A DNA stretch of 63,501 nt, filler included, from Octopus bimaculoides (lineage: Eukaryota), in NCBI RefSeq assembly GCF_001194135.2. It is 4 parts of 4 records of this genome, joined end to end, with 100 filler letters (N's around TTAATTAATTAA, not from the genome) between each part and the next. Parts side by side here need not be neighbours in the genome. Positions count along the whole stretch, not along the records: positions 42,041 to 63,501 come from NC_068986.1; 3 more parts are not named here. One strand, 5' to 3'. Under the pieces are notes generated by a model. That model did not search any database and had not been told where the DNA came from. It saw only the letters and a program-made list of their open reading frames with translations. Both the position numbers and the translations under genes were made by a program. Below are positions 50,416 through 63,501 of the stretch, piece by piece; position 1 is the first letter of the stretch, and each line of letters opens with the position of its first letter.

Positions 50416-50828
50416 CTCTTTTACTTGTTTCAGTCATTTGACTGTGGCCATGCTGGAGCACTGCCTTTAGTCGAGCAAATCGACCCCAGGGCTTATACTT
50501 TGTAAGCCTAGTACTTATTCTATCGGCCTCTTTACCCGAACTGCTAAGATTACGGGAACGTAAACACACCAGAATCGGTTGTCAAGCGATGTTGAGGGAC
50601 AAACACAGGCACACAAACATATACACACACATATACATATATATATGTGTGTGTGTGTATATATACATATATACGACAGGCCTCTTTCAGTTTCTGTCTA
50701 CCAAATCTACTCACAAGGCTTTGGTCGGCCCGAGGCTATAGTAGAAGAGACTTGCCCAAGGCACCACGCAGTGGGACTGAACCCGGAACCATGTGGTTCG
50801 TAAGCAAGCTACTTACCACACAGCCACC
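50416..50828 (-). mobile_element. SINE family B, full length
   Basis: Highly similar to 9091-9436. Confidence 0.9.
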
Positions 50829-51109
50829 CCAACGCCTATTCTTACAACACAGCCACTCATACGTTTATACTAACAACACACCACTCCTACGCCTATTATT
50901 TCGATATACAGAAAAATCACCTGTGGGGGATCGTCAGCAAGGGACTGCGGACATTTTATACGTCATGCATGATAGGAGAGTTTGTATACATATATTTAAA
51001 TATATTTGCGTCTGTATGTATGTACATATGTTTGTATGTATGTATGTATGTATGTATGTGCGTATGTATGTATGTATGTATATATGTGTGTATGTATGTA
51101 TGCTTAACG

Positions 51110-51870
51110 TAGGCATTTAACGCATTTGGAACGATATCATCAATATTGTCTTTGGAAAATTCTGGGGCTGAATTGGAAAATAGCCATCAGTGATGTGACG
51201 GTACTAGAGAGAAGTAGTAGTAGAAATGTAGAATCACTGAGTCTGCAAAGCCGTTTGAAGTGGGGTGGACATCTGGTAAAAATGAATGATGAAAGTAACC
51301 AAAATGATGAAAGTTCCCAAGTAACTTCTGTATGGTGAGCTTGAAGGTGGTAGGAAACCAGTGCATAAACCCAAAATGAGGTGCAATGACTGCCTCAGCA
51401 TTGCTCTGACACAGACGGGAATTTCGGTAACTGATTAGGAGAAGGAAGCACAAGAACGAGATGGATGAAGGGATTGTACAATGGTTGTTCGAGGTTTGAG
51501 GGAGAGAGAATGAAGCACGAGAGGATTAAGAGAAAGCATAGAAGGAATGAACCTGTGGAGAATGAGGGAGTGTTGCTACTTGTGTGTGTGTGTGTGTGGT
51601 TTGTAGGAAGAGGTACTTGAGTCATGTGGGCTTGGTCAGCCATTAAAAAACTCACTGGAATCGACCCGTGGTAAATTGTGATATGGCAATTTTTCACAAC
51701 AGAACATGTGCAACATGTGGAAAGGTGTACCTCTCAATTCGAGGATTGAAAAGGCATGTCAAAGAAAAAAAGAGGAATTCATACCTGTTTCATCTGTTAG
51801 CCAAGTACAACTGTGCATTATTTAGTAGAATGTGCATAACTTTCGCCGGACTGTATAGTTATGCAAGGGC
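51110..51870 (+). mobile_element. RTE-type LINE 3' ORF fragment with C-terminal C2H2-like fingers
   Basis: ERYHQYCLWKILGLNW...SRLKWGGHLVKM...LLYGELEGG; CVVCRKRYLSHVGLVSH*KTH; CATCGKVYLSIRGLKRHVK. Confidence 0.8.
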
Positions 51871-53856
51871 CTCACATTACATCAACATTGACTCATGTAT
51901 GTATGTATGTATATGAAGACACTGTACGGCAGAGTTCTTAAAGAATACGGTTCTCAAGTACGAAGTACCAGTTTCTAACGCAATGCCTAGCACCAAGAGT
52001 GAAGGTCTTTTCTCTGGCACTTGATCAGCCAAAACAAGTAAAAAAAATTGAATAGCTAGAAACTATTTGAAAGTCCGTCCAATGGACTGAATTTTTAGGT
52101 CAAAGATTCAGTTTTTGTAATACATTAGCATGCTGATTCTGCCTCAGAAGTATTATGTTAAGATTATATGTGTCTGGAGAAAACTCAAATATTTCCATTA
52201 CAATTTAATGACCCGTAGTTTAATTAATTAATCAACTGAAAACTCATGGTCGGAAATCCTGACTCAGACCCTTTCTATACAGACACTCACACACACATAT
52301 GCTGGCACATACACGTACACATTCACACCTACAGGCAGGCACATACACATAAATACACGCGCGCACACACAAGCACCACCCCCCCACACACACACACAAT
52401 TCCATAATCAGTTACTAGCCGCTAACATTCAAGCCTCTGTTAATAATTATTTATGCTTTTACCTTCAAATGATATTTTGTTAAGAAGGTTGCTAATATAA
52501 TCAATCACATGTCCATACACGCGACAACGAAATTTGAACTCACAACGTAAGGACGGACGAAAAGCTGGTAAGCATGCTGCCAAGCGTGCTAACAATTCTG
52601 TCTATCTCATCTATGTTACTTCAAAACTGACACTTTGCTTACACTGGAGAAGAATATTAGAAAACTAAGACTTCATAAAACAGTATAATGTGGAATTAAA
52701 TACTCAATTCTTATTCAGTAACCAAATGGCATTCAGGTGACGACCCTTGGCTTTTGGTCACCAATCAACCATTTTCTCGACTTCTTTCAGCACACAATTA
52801 CTGTTGAGCCCGATCGCACGACTTTAGTAGATAATCGTTTTTTTTTTTTGTTCTAATCGTATTACTAAGGTAGTACATATATTTGAAACCGATTTCATTT
52901 GTCAGCGTTATCCTTCGTATTAAAAATGATTGGATACCTTCTGAGTAAACAAAACAGTAGGTCTTCGGAAAGACAGACAGATTAGTAGCCAAACGTATTG
53001 GAGAAGGCGCATTGAAATTTTTACATAAAAAGAAAAGGAGGAAAAATATTAAAAACTTGACCAAGATAACCAAGATGTTAAGAAATTATTTCAACCTAAT
53101 CGTTGTATCACATCAAAAGAAATGGAGTAAATGTTAGCAGCTATTGGAGTCAGTTTATGTTAGAGAGTTGCAAACTCTTTAACTGGGGACTTGAAGTAAA
53201 AACACTCATAAATATAAAACGTACCTCCTTCACAGACGTTTTTAAGAGGGAGTAGAGTAACGGAACACAAGCACCAGACAGCAGAAATTGGCAGCAGAGC
53301 GGTGAGACGAACGTTTTCTTTTTTTTTCGGAAATGATGGATTGAAAGTTGTAAAGCATAGATCAAATGGAAGTTTGAACTGAGGATATTTCAGCAATATT
53401 GAAACACCCTGCCTGTGCAATGCCGTCTGGCGTTGTGGGTATGACAGGCCTACTCTCTACTATAATTGCAAATAGAACTTTAAGTATTAAAATATACCAA
53501 ATAGCTATATTGGAAACAAAAATACTCCACTCAATCATATGTCTTTATACGATTTAGATTCAGCAGCTTTCCTGTAAGGACTTGTCCCAGCTTGTGGAGC
53601 AAAATCCACTATATAATCTTTGGAGAATAATAAAATAACTATCTTACGGTGGCCTTCGAAAGAGACAGAACTTAACTAGTCAGAAAAGTTAAGACCACGA
53701 ATCAAAAGAACTAGTAACGGTTTCTAAGGTAATAGAATCAACTAAAGCAATTTTGTATACCTACATTACAATCATAGATCCGGGAGAATAAAAATAGGTT
53801 ATCGCCGCCACACCAAGATGAAATGATACAACAATCAAAGAAAAATATTTCTTTTT

Positions 53857-53910
<54 letters not shown>

Positions 53911-53951
53911 TCATACATATATATACACACACACATACACACACACACATG

Positions 53952-53983
<32 letters not shown>

Positions 53984-54149
53984 GGTTATGCTTAAAATTA
54001 AAGTTTAGATAAGAGATTTTAAGATGTAGTATCCAAACCTTGTTTTGGGTATGTCCCTAGTAGTGTGCCAACACTATCCTGTCACACACAGTAGCTAAAT
54101 TTATATGACATAAAACTGAAATTATTATGTAACATGAGTGATGATACCT

Positions 54150-54830
54150 CTTTCAAAGTGCACATTACCAGGATAGCGACAAAGTGCTGACGACTGGCTG
54201 GATAGATCCTGAGAACATTCAGAACAATAGAGAAGGAAGCCATGATGGTCCTCTGGAGGACATTAATCCTCAGCCGCCTGGATTACTGCTCGCAGCTATG
54301 GTCACCCAGCAGTGTAAAATTAACAGCGGAATTTGAAGCAATTCAGCGAAGTTTCACAAAGAAAATCGTCTCATTGCAACAGCTCAGCTACTGGGAAAGG
54401 CTGAAGCAGCTAAGTCTCTACTCTCTGGAAAGAAGGCGGGAGTGGTATGCAGTAATATACATCTGGAAGATCTTGGAAAGTTACACCAATGCCAGAACAG
54501 GTCGACACTCTAAAGTGCCAAAGATCTCAGCTTCGCCATGGCCCTTCAGGACCAGTTACTGCAGCATCCTGGGTTTCGGGGGCCCACAACTATTTAATAT
54601 TCTCCCAAAGAGACTGAGGGACCTACACAAAGTGGATGTAGGCGTTTTCAAATCAAAACTGGACCTCTTCTCTGTTGAGAGTCCCAGATGAACCTACCTC
54701 ACGGCAAGAGGTGCAAATGAGGGTAGTGACATCAAACTCCATTCATTCTTCACCAAATGCCACGTATTAGAAGAGGCTCTCAGTAATAACAGTATAGCAA
54801 AACGACGGTGCTCCAGTATGGCCACAGTTC
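54150..54830 (+). mobile_element. CR1/L2-type LINE ORF2 C-terminal fragment
   Basis: LWRTLILSRLDYCSQLWSP...IQRSFTKKI...LSYWERLKQLSLYSLERRRE...GPQLFNILP. Confidence 0.9.
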
Positions 54831-55849
54831 TGAGCTGAAACAAAAAAAATGATGTGGTTTCTTCTGCACTGTGTGATGCATTCGATTCTGTTATAGGTAG
54901 CATTGCACGTGCAAGCCGAAACGATCGCCGTGCTAATTAAAGCTTACAGCACACTATCTTCCCTATCAATTTTTAGAATATGTGTGTGTATGCACACGTA
55001 CATACATACATACATACACGGTCATACTCATACACACACACACATAGTTATATATATATATATATATATATATATNNNNNNNNNNNNNNNNNNNNNNNNN
55101 NNNNNNNNNNNNNNNNNNNNNNNNNNNNNNNNNNNNNNNNNNNNNNNNNNNNNNNNNNNNNNNNNNNNNNNNNNNNNNNNNNNNNNNNNNNNNNNNNNAT
55201 ATATATTCCATCGGTGATAACCTCCTGGACTATCGGTTGATGGATTTGATTTATTTCTTCAATCATGCAGATAACCACCAAATATACACCACCCATATTA
55301 TATATTATTTCGAATGGAGTGATATCGATAAAACATCATATCTTCTGGTCTTTTGTTCTTTAACTGACTCCTATTGACATTTTGTCTTACTTCTTTCCTG
55401 AAATCAAAAATCTGTAAAAATAATCTGGGATTGAGTCCAATAGTCGGTTTACGTTTTCTACTTAAACTATTTTATTTCTCTTTCTTCGTGAATTGCCTTT
55501 CGAAAAGGTATAAAGTAATATGGCCTCCAGCTCACCAAATTGATGCCTGAATATTTACTGAATATCATAACCAAATACTTAGAGTATTTGTGGATACACA
55601 CTCACGCAGACACGCACACACGCATACACACACACACGCACACCCAACATACACCCCATCACACACTCCCATCACACACCCATCACACACACACAGAATG
55701 TTTGAAGCTGGGTCACCATTCATCAGTTGTAATCTTATTGTATATAGCGGTCAATACTAGCAGTCAGACCCATCATGCTACTTGATTTAACACTGCCACA
55801 TAATCTGGGATAATGTCCAACGGAGGTCACTCTATTCCAAATATTCATA

Positions 55850-56800
55850 CTAGACTCCAAAGCGTGTTTTATTGTGACCTCGGGGCGCAAAGACACATTT
55901 TAAAAGTAACTTAGATATCAAAAAGTAAATCTAAATGCGCTAGACAATTCTACCGCCTCTTTTCTAACATCCCTAGGTTTTGATCTAACTTAGACCTACA
56001 CATTATGCCTTACTAACACGCTGGTATCAAATGCTATTGCTCTCTGAGACACAAAACTATTTAATCTATGAACCAGGCTACACTTTTTAGTCAAAATTCC
56101 TCCAGAAAAGCACATTTGCACAAACACAGCTTGTACTCACTTTGTTATCCACTTCTCATCTCGATATCAGCATTAAATATTTCCAGATACTATGGTACAA
56201 CAATTCTCTTTCATACTTCCCAAAGTATATCTACTTCTTTTACTGATCCCGCACTCCTCAAACTTGAAACATCTTTTCTGCATCCAATTATCTATCTCAC
56301 CTCTCTGCGAATCTATTATCGTCGCTGATTCAATGGGCGAATCTCTTCTTGTCTCTGACACTTATACCATACTGATGCTGCCGGTACAGAAACCGAATTT
56401 CGCTGGCTAGTACCTCACTACGTAAATGAATATCCTTTTATTTACAATTACCTGACCGATACGTCATCGCTCTAAACTCCCTTGATACGTTTGTCTCTTT
56501 GTTACCTCCAAACTCAAGCACTGACTTTGCATTAATCGAATTGTCCGCTGACAGCTACCGTATCCAAGTACTCCCTGTAAGTCTACATATTATCTACGCT
56601 TCCGGGACCTTAATACAGAAAAGTTTTCACTGACCTCATGGATAGAGACATTTAATAGTGAGCCTGCCATTCATGTCCCCATCACAAACGATGCAAATAC
56701 TGTATATAGAAAGAAAGGTATATCGCACCTCATGTCGCTAAAGTACAGAAAAAATACGGTCAACACTATTACTGCAAATGTGAGGCCCCACTATCTCTAG
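55850..56800 (+). mobile_element. Possible highly degraded LTR-retrotransposon pol remnant
   Basis: Protease-like RVLL/DLGAQRHI after a 1-nt frameshift near 55862-55900; otherwise weak. Confidence 0.25.
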
Positions 56801-57040
56801 TGGTGCATGCACATATTTTTCATAGCAAAGATCTTAAAAGCGGTGCTTTTTCTTCAGAACCACTATCTGATTCAGTGCCTGATAACTACTGCCCTTCTAT
56901 ACAACTCATTTGAGACCGACAATAGAGTACTGCTTCGAAATCTGGGAGTGTACTGCTGCAATACACTTCCTAGACGTTATCTAGAGACAGACGATTTGAC
57001 GTATTGGCATGAAGTCAACCACAAACACTATCCAACTCCT

Positions 57041-57107
<67 letters not shown>

Positions 57108-58379
57108 GAGAGAGAGTATGCGTGTAAGTTCCTCACATTCTCTGCGTGTGTGCTAAGTGCCTCACATTTTCTGAGTGTGCGTGAGTTTTTTGTGTGCGTT
57201 TGTTTGTTTGCTTGTTTGTTTTTTTTTTATGTGTGAATGCGCATGCTTGTACATGTCTTTCTTACTGTAACTGCAATTGCTATCTGCTACATGGAACTGG
57301 GGATTTCGTATATTTCCTCTCAGGCTCTCATTCTTCATCTCATCCCTTATATCATATATCCCTTCATCTCACCCCTTATATCATATATCCCTACTACATG
57401 GCGTTGACCCTCTGAAATACGACTACCTACTTCTCCTGTACTTGTACTTCTTACTGTCGTCGACCTGGAACACTTTAAGCGAAACGATAACAATATTGGT
57501 CTACCAAGTCTCGGAAGACTTTAAAAGACCATGGACACACTTCCTATTTTCAGGCTAAACTTATACGGAATAAAATATTCTATACCATGCATAAGTACAT
57601 ACATACATNNNNNNNNNNNNNNNNNNNNNNNNNNNNNNNNNNNNNNNNNNNNNNNNNNNNNNNNNNNNNNNNNNNNNNNNNNNNNNNNNNNNNNNNNNNN
57701 NNNNNNNNNNNNNNNNNNNNNNNNNNNNNNNNNNNNNNNNNNNNNNNNNNNNNNNNNNNNNNNNNNNNNNNNNNNNATATATATATATATATATATATAG
57801 CCAAATTGAGAATACGTGGTGGCAAAGTGAAATCTCTCATGTAAGAGAGACTTTCAATACAATTAAATCTGGTGCTAATTTATAAAACAAACGCCACATT
57901 ACTGGTTTAGTCTTTCAGTAGCTACAATAATGACGCAAACACAATATACTATGGGAAATTTATTTTATTGATATTAGAAGTGAGAAAGACAAAGTTTTAT
58001 TGATCTGTGGAATTTGAACTCGGAATAGTATAGCACTGAACCATACAACATAAATCTTATTGTCGGTCTCCCTACAGATTGCAACAACAATCGCTGCTTC
58101 TCGAATCCTATTTTTAACTAAAAATAGCAATATCGAGCAAACCATTATGTCAGTAAAGAGAACTACTGAATAATACCATTATTGTTTAGTGTCTCAAGAT
58201 CAAACTAGTCTACTGGAGCCTAACTCATCTCCGACTTATTGACGTAAATATATATATTATGTAGCTATGGATCCCAACTTCCAGTTTCACCAAAGGCATT
58301 TCGAAACACGAGGGGAATTTGCTCCAATCAGGATTTCGACTGTTACGAAAGCTCAATGTCGTATATATATATATATATA

Positions 58380-58431
<52 letters not shown>

Positions 58432-58480
58432 NNNNNNNNNNNNNNNNNNNNNNNNNNNNNNNNNNNNNNNNNNNNNNNNN

Positions 58481-58513
<33 letters not shown>

Positions 58514-58540
58514 ATCACCGTGTACATACAATTTGTGAAG

Positions 58541-58815
58541 GCGCGTGGCTTATTGAATAATTGGCTCACGATCACAACGTCGTGATTTCGATTCCTGGGG
58601 ACGCGTTGTGCTCTTGAGGAAGACACTTTATATCACGTTACTCCAGTACACTCACCTGGCAAAAGTAAGTGGTACCTGTATTTCGAAGGGTCAGTCTTGT
58701 CCCATTCAGTGTCACATTGACTCTCCCCGAGAACTGCATTAGGACTCCTCGTGCCTTTGGAGTGCTCATCCACTTGCACTTTATTTTCACGAGCAGGTTG
58801 TTCAGTTGATCGGAT
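58541..58815 (+). mobile_element. Older family A-related SINE
   Basis: GGCGCGTGGCTTA...TTTCGATTCC head; CCCCGAGAACTGC...GGAGTGCTCA core. Confidence 0.7.
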
Positions 58816-60312
58816 CGAATCAACTGCTTTTTATTCGTTCACTGGTTTCCTTCAAATTATACAGTATATGAATGCGTCCATACAGGTGCATAAAGTCTTC
58901 ATATAAACCCAAGAGCCTGTATCGATCATCTACTTATTTCATTGTTATCTAACTTCCGAAAAATCGACTTACAAAACATCGAGAGACGCAGCATATATAG
59001 AACCAAGTAATACATGATTACTCAAGAGCGATTGAATAAACTTACTGCTTAATGTGAAACAATTCCTAATATAAGTCAATGATAAAACATCCATACATAC
59101 ATATATGCATACGTACATTGGCAGAATCTTTCTAAAACAGTGACAAGAGGACGCAGCGATGAACGTTCAATTTCGTGTCGAGCGATTTGATATCGCTTGA
59201 AATGAATGGACCACACCAAACAAGTAACCCTCGACACACACTACTGCAAGTTGTGATCCAACGTATAACTCATTAACGTATGCACAAAGTCAAACATCTT
59301 CAACGGAGCTCAAATTATTAAGATTGTTAACATAGTTCTTTTAACACCCAGATGAATCCTAATTGAGCATACTTATGACTAAAATACCCCAGCCAAGTGC
59401 TTACCTTTGTTTGCTATTTTTAACAACACAAGTAACTACGTAATGGTTCTGTAGTAGGGTCAAGTAATTACTGTACTTATCGCTAGTGTTTCCAAATCTA
59501 AAGATATAAAAATTTGTGTAAGAACCATCATAGTCTTCTCGTATGCCTTGGAGCATTATCAACAACACTGTTCCAATCTAATATAATCATTTTTATTAAA
59601 CACTTCATTTGTACAAGTGTAAGAGGATGACAGCATTTCCTGCATGCCCATATGTAATTGCACTTAAATGTTTGTGCATACAGAGCAGAGTTACATCTGT
59701 GTACTTGGATATATGTGACTGATTAAAAGGATGAGTGGGTGCTTAGAGAGAGAAATAGTTTTTACTTCTTTACTTTTATTTTGTTTGGCAATTCTCTAAA
59801 AAGCTCTTATCGAATAATTTTTTTTTTTTGTCTGCGTGTATTGAGTTCTTCTTAAATGTAAGTTAAATATAAGCCTCTTAGATTTTACGTTCCTTAACTT
59901 CAAGTACTGATCGTACCTACCAGTCTACACACAGCATACATACATACATACATACATACATACATACACACATACATACATACATACATACATACATGCG
60001 TTCATTTATGCTCACAAACAAAAATGAATGTTTATATAGGCGTAAGCTTATATATTTGTGAATATATGTATTTGTGTGTATATTTATATAAGTATAGGTA
60101 TGTGTATGAGTGTATATGAGATAATTACAAGTACGAAACAACGTTTAACTTATAGAAATCTAACATACACTCATGCACACACACACATATATAAGTGCGT
60201 GTGTGTATATATAATTATGTATACAGGCATATACATCTATATACATGGATGTATATGCATGTGTGCTTTTGGGTATTTATCTATATATTTATATATGCCC
60301 ATACACACATGC

Positions 60313-60372
<60 letters not shown>

Positions 60373-60940
60373 NNNNNNNNNNNNNNNNNNNNNNNNNNNN
60401 NNNNNNNNNNNNNNNNNNNNNNNNNNNNNNNNNNNNNNNNNNNNNNNNNNNNNNNNNNNNNNNNNNNNNNNNNNNNNNNNNNNNNNNNNNNNNNNNNNNN
60501 NNNNNNNNNNNNNNNNNNNNNNNNNNNNNNNNNNNNNNNNNNNNNNNNNNNNNNNNNNNNNNNNNNNNNNNNNNNNNNNNNNNNNNNNNNNNNNNNNNNN
60601 NNNNNNNNNNNNNNNNNNNNNNNNNNNNNNNNNNNNNNNNNNNNNNNNNNNNNNNNNNNNNNNNNNNNNNNNNNNNNNNNNNNNNNNNNNNNNNNNNNNN
60701 NNNNNNNNNNNNNNNNNNNNNNNNNNNNNNNNNNNNNNNNNNNNNNNNNNNNNNNNNNNNNNNNNNNNNNNNNNNNNNNNNNNNNNNNNNNNNNNNNNNN
60801 NNNNNNNNNNNNNNNNNNNNNNNNNNNNNNNNNNNNNNNNNNNNNNNNNNNNNNNNNNNNNNNNNNNNNNNNNNNNNNNNNNNNNNNNNNNNNNNNNNNN
60901 NNNNNNNNNNNNNNNNNNNNNNNNNNNNNNNNNNNNNNNN

Positions 60941-60975
<35 letters not shown>

Positions 60976-61760
60976 ATACATTGCATTGCACACAGAGTGA
61001 ATGGCAAAGAAGGGGAGTGAAAGAGAAGAAAGGGAGAGGGATAAACAAAGGAGAGACTGTAGGAGAAGAGAGAGAGCACTGTCGAAATGCTGGCTCATCC
61101 GCGTTAAGAAAACAAAATTAATATTTGTTTTTTCCTGTCATTTGACTTCAGATTAACCTTAGCCGAACAAACTAATGATTAAAGTGTACTACAGGCAAGT
61201 TTTTCGGTGTATTTTCAAACAATAACTGGTGGCTTTCGCTGCAATGTATTAACCAGCATTTGAATAAATGCTCACACTCGACACGAAGTGAATGCCAGCA
61301 ACATCCACCTCTAGAGAGGTGTTTTCTTTTTTTTTTCTTTTTGATAGCATCTTCTTCAAGCCTTATTCCGATTGATAGTCGTGTTTAAATATATTCTTTA
61401 GTTAAAGTACTTAAGCCTATTTAGTAGTTGTTCAATGACCTTTCTTGTGGTTTATTGCTAGCTATAGTTGTTGATATCGTTGTTGTTGCTGTTGTTTCTG
61501 CGGTGGTGGTAGGAACGAAGTTTCCATTTTGACTTTTTTTTTTCTTGAGCAAGCACCATAAAAATATCTCGTTTAATTTCTACAAGCTTTTCTATTTCTA
61601 TTCTCCTTTTACTGTCTTTTTATTTCTCTCTCTCGTTTCTCTCTCTCTCTCGTTTCTCTCTCTCTCCTTTCTCTCTCTCTCCTTTCTCTCTCTTCCTTCT
61701 CTATTTCCTCATCTTTCTACCCATTCAATGACTTCTCACTTATGTATATACAAACACATG

Positions 61761-61792
<32 letters not shown>

Positions 61793-61833
61793 TATAATGT
61801 GTGTTTGCATCCGTACATAAATGNNNNNNNNNN

Positions 61834-61873
<40 letters not shown>

Positions 61874-62804
61874 GTTTATATATACATATAAATGTTATAT
61901 TTTGCGTATATATACATAAAATATACATATATAGCATACATGCACGCACATACATACACCCATCAAGATACACACACACACACACACATATAATGTGTGT
62001 TTGCATCCGTACATAAATGCGCGCGTGCGTGTGTGTGTGTGTGTGTGTAAGTGTATTCATGCACGTATGTATATGTGTGTAAATACATACAAACACTCAC
62101 GTGTACGTGTTCCAGTGTGCTAACATCAAAGTCAGATCAATCTTTGAATCGCCCCTATTTATTACTGCCGATGAAATGTAAATGAAAGAGAGCGTTCATC
62201 TTAACAAGATTAGCACAACATGACCTTTAAAACATATTTTTAAAAGTGTTATATTAGTGAAGTTATCAGTGTTGTTCGTTGTAAAGGCAGCGATGATGAT
62301 GGTGGTGGTAGTACTCATTTTGTGACGGATATCGCGCTGCTTTGCTAATTCTTTGAGCCAATTAAGTATAAGAACAAAATCTTGCTCAAACGTATATTTA
62401 TCCAAACAAGTATCTTAAGAGAATCTGAAGCAATCGAGCATTAAGGAGATCATTAGAAGATTTCGAAGTAAATTGAATATATAAGGTATATTTAATGGAA
62501 GCAATGATTTGTTTGTTAGTCTATTGTTTGATTTTTTTCTTTAAATGAAAATGACTGTTAAGAAATGTAAATAAAAGCGAAATGTGCGCTAAAATGGGAG
62601 TTTAGTATAGAATTTAAGCCTTTTAGTGACAACCAGTTTACAACTTAGTAATACATACAAGCAAACAAAATTACCATGTTGTTGATGTTGAAATTCCAAT
62701 GAAAGAAACCTTGGATCTAGGACAGAAACCGGTTCTTTCTCTATTGGCAAGAAATCTTGAAATAAACTGAATAATGACATACATATACACATACAAACAA
62801 ACAA

Positions 62805-63145
62805 GACCCCCGCTTTCGTCATAAATGACTAGGATTGCGCCTAGAAATCTACCCTCCGATGCACAAGTCTGGGCACAGCTGTTTATGGAAGACCAGCAGT
62901 CACCCATGCGTACCAGTCTTCCTTTTTCGTTCTCCACAATAAAGACGTTATCCAAGGGAAAGGTAAAGGCCGATTCAGCTTGATGCCAGTGGCGTCGCAA
63001 CTCATTTCAGCAGCTGAGTGAACTGTAGCCATGTAAAATAATGTGTTTTCCTCCAGAACACAAAACACAGCCCGAACCGAGAAACGAACGCACTACCTCG
63101 TGATTGTGAATCCCACGCTCTAACCACTGAGCGATGCACCTTCAC
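62805..63145 (-). mobile_element. SINE family D
   Basis: Collinear with 10547-10835; rc head with GGTTAGAGCGTGGGATTCAC. Confidence 0.75.
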
Positions 63146-63501
63146 GCAAATTTATTCTACATCTATGTAGGCCTTTTTAAATATATATAATGCCTCTCCC
63201 AAGGTTTAATTGTATATATATATATATATATATATAAAGGTCCACACAACTGTAGGGCAAACAGGAATGCTTCTTCTAACATAACGTGTATGTGTTTAGT
63301 AAACATATATTGAAGGTTAGTAAACAGTTTCAGAAATCATTTCCTGGTAGTAGAAAGAACAAGCTGAGCTTTAACCATGATGTCTGCTTTTCAAAGCTAG
63401 AAGGTTTAAATATATGTGTTTACCAGAAACGAATGCTCATAAATTTACTTCATACGTCTCTTGCTCAGATCGATCTCATATTTCTAAGTACCGAAGGAAA
63501 G

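Noticed and set aside
61773-62019. 50-bp direct repeat flanking a 10-N gap
   Set aside because: Probable contig-overlap or assembly duplication within microsatellites
62196-62430. Protein-like minus-strand stretch DKYTFEQDFVLILNWLKELAKQRDIRHKM
   Set aside because: No convincing donor site and no recognisable family
1-63501. Long ORFs in the supplied track (for example 11005-12219, 34761-35675, 60058-61020)
   Set aside because: They consist of N-runs and dinucleotide repeats (HTHT, YIYI, VCVC, RERE) and carry no coding signal

Overview
AT-rich, microsatellite-dense eukaryotic genomic DNA with many N-gaps, made almost entirely of interspersed repeats. The repeat repertoire looks cephalopod, probably Octopus; this is inferred from recalled SINE sequences, not from a search. 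No intact protein-coding gene or autonomous element is supported, and nearly all ORF-track entries are microsatellite or N-run artefacts. Recognisable content: several tRNA-derived SINE families; Penelope-like element (PLE) RT and GIY-YIG remnants; RTE, CR1 and R4/Dong LINE fragments; and mariner, Tc1, maT and hAT transposase fossils. Most interesting: (i) a 210-bp tandem unit carrying a minimal hammerhead-ribozyme-like motif whose stem II covaries between the two copies (retrozyme-like), plus a related motif at a PLE 3' end; (ii) several long fold-back palindromes sitting in TA microsatellites; (iii) Dong-like LINE pieces inside (TAA)n arrays; (iv) a speculative chain of short minus-strand exons. 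Three 44N-TTAATTAATTAA-44N linkers mark artificial scaffold joins, so long-range adjacency across them is unproven. All alignments and translations were done by eye.
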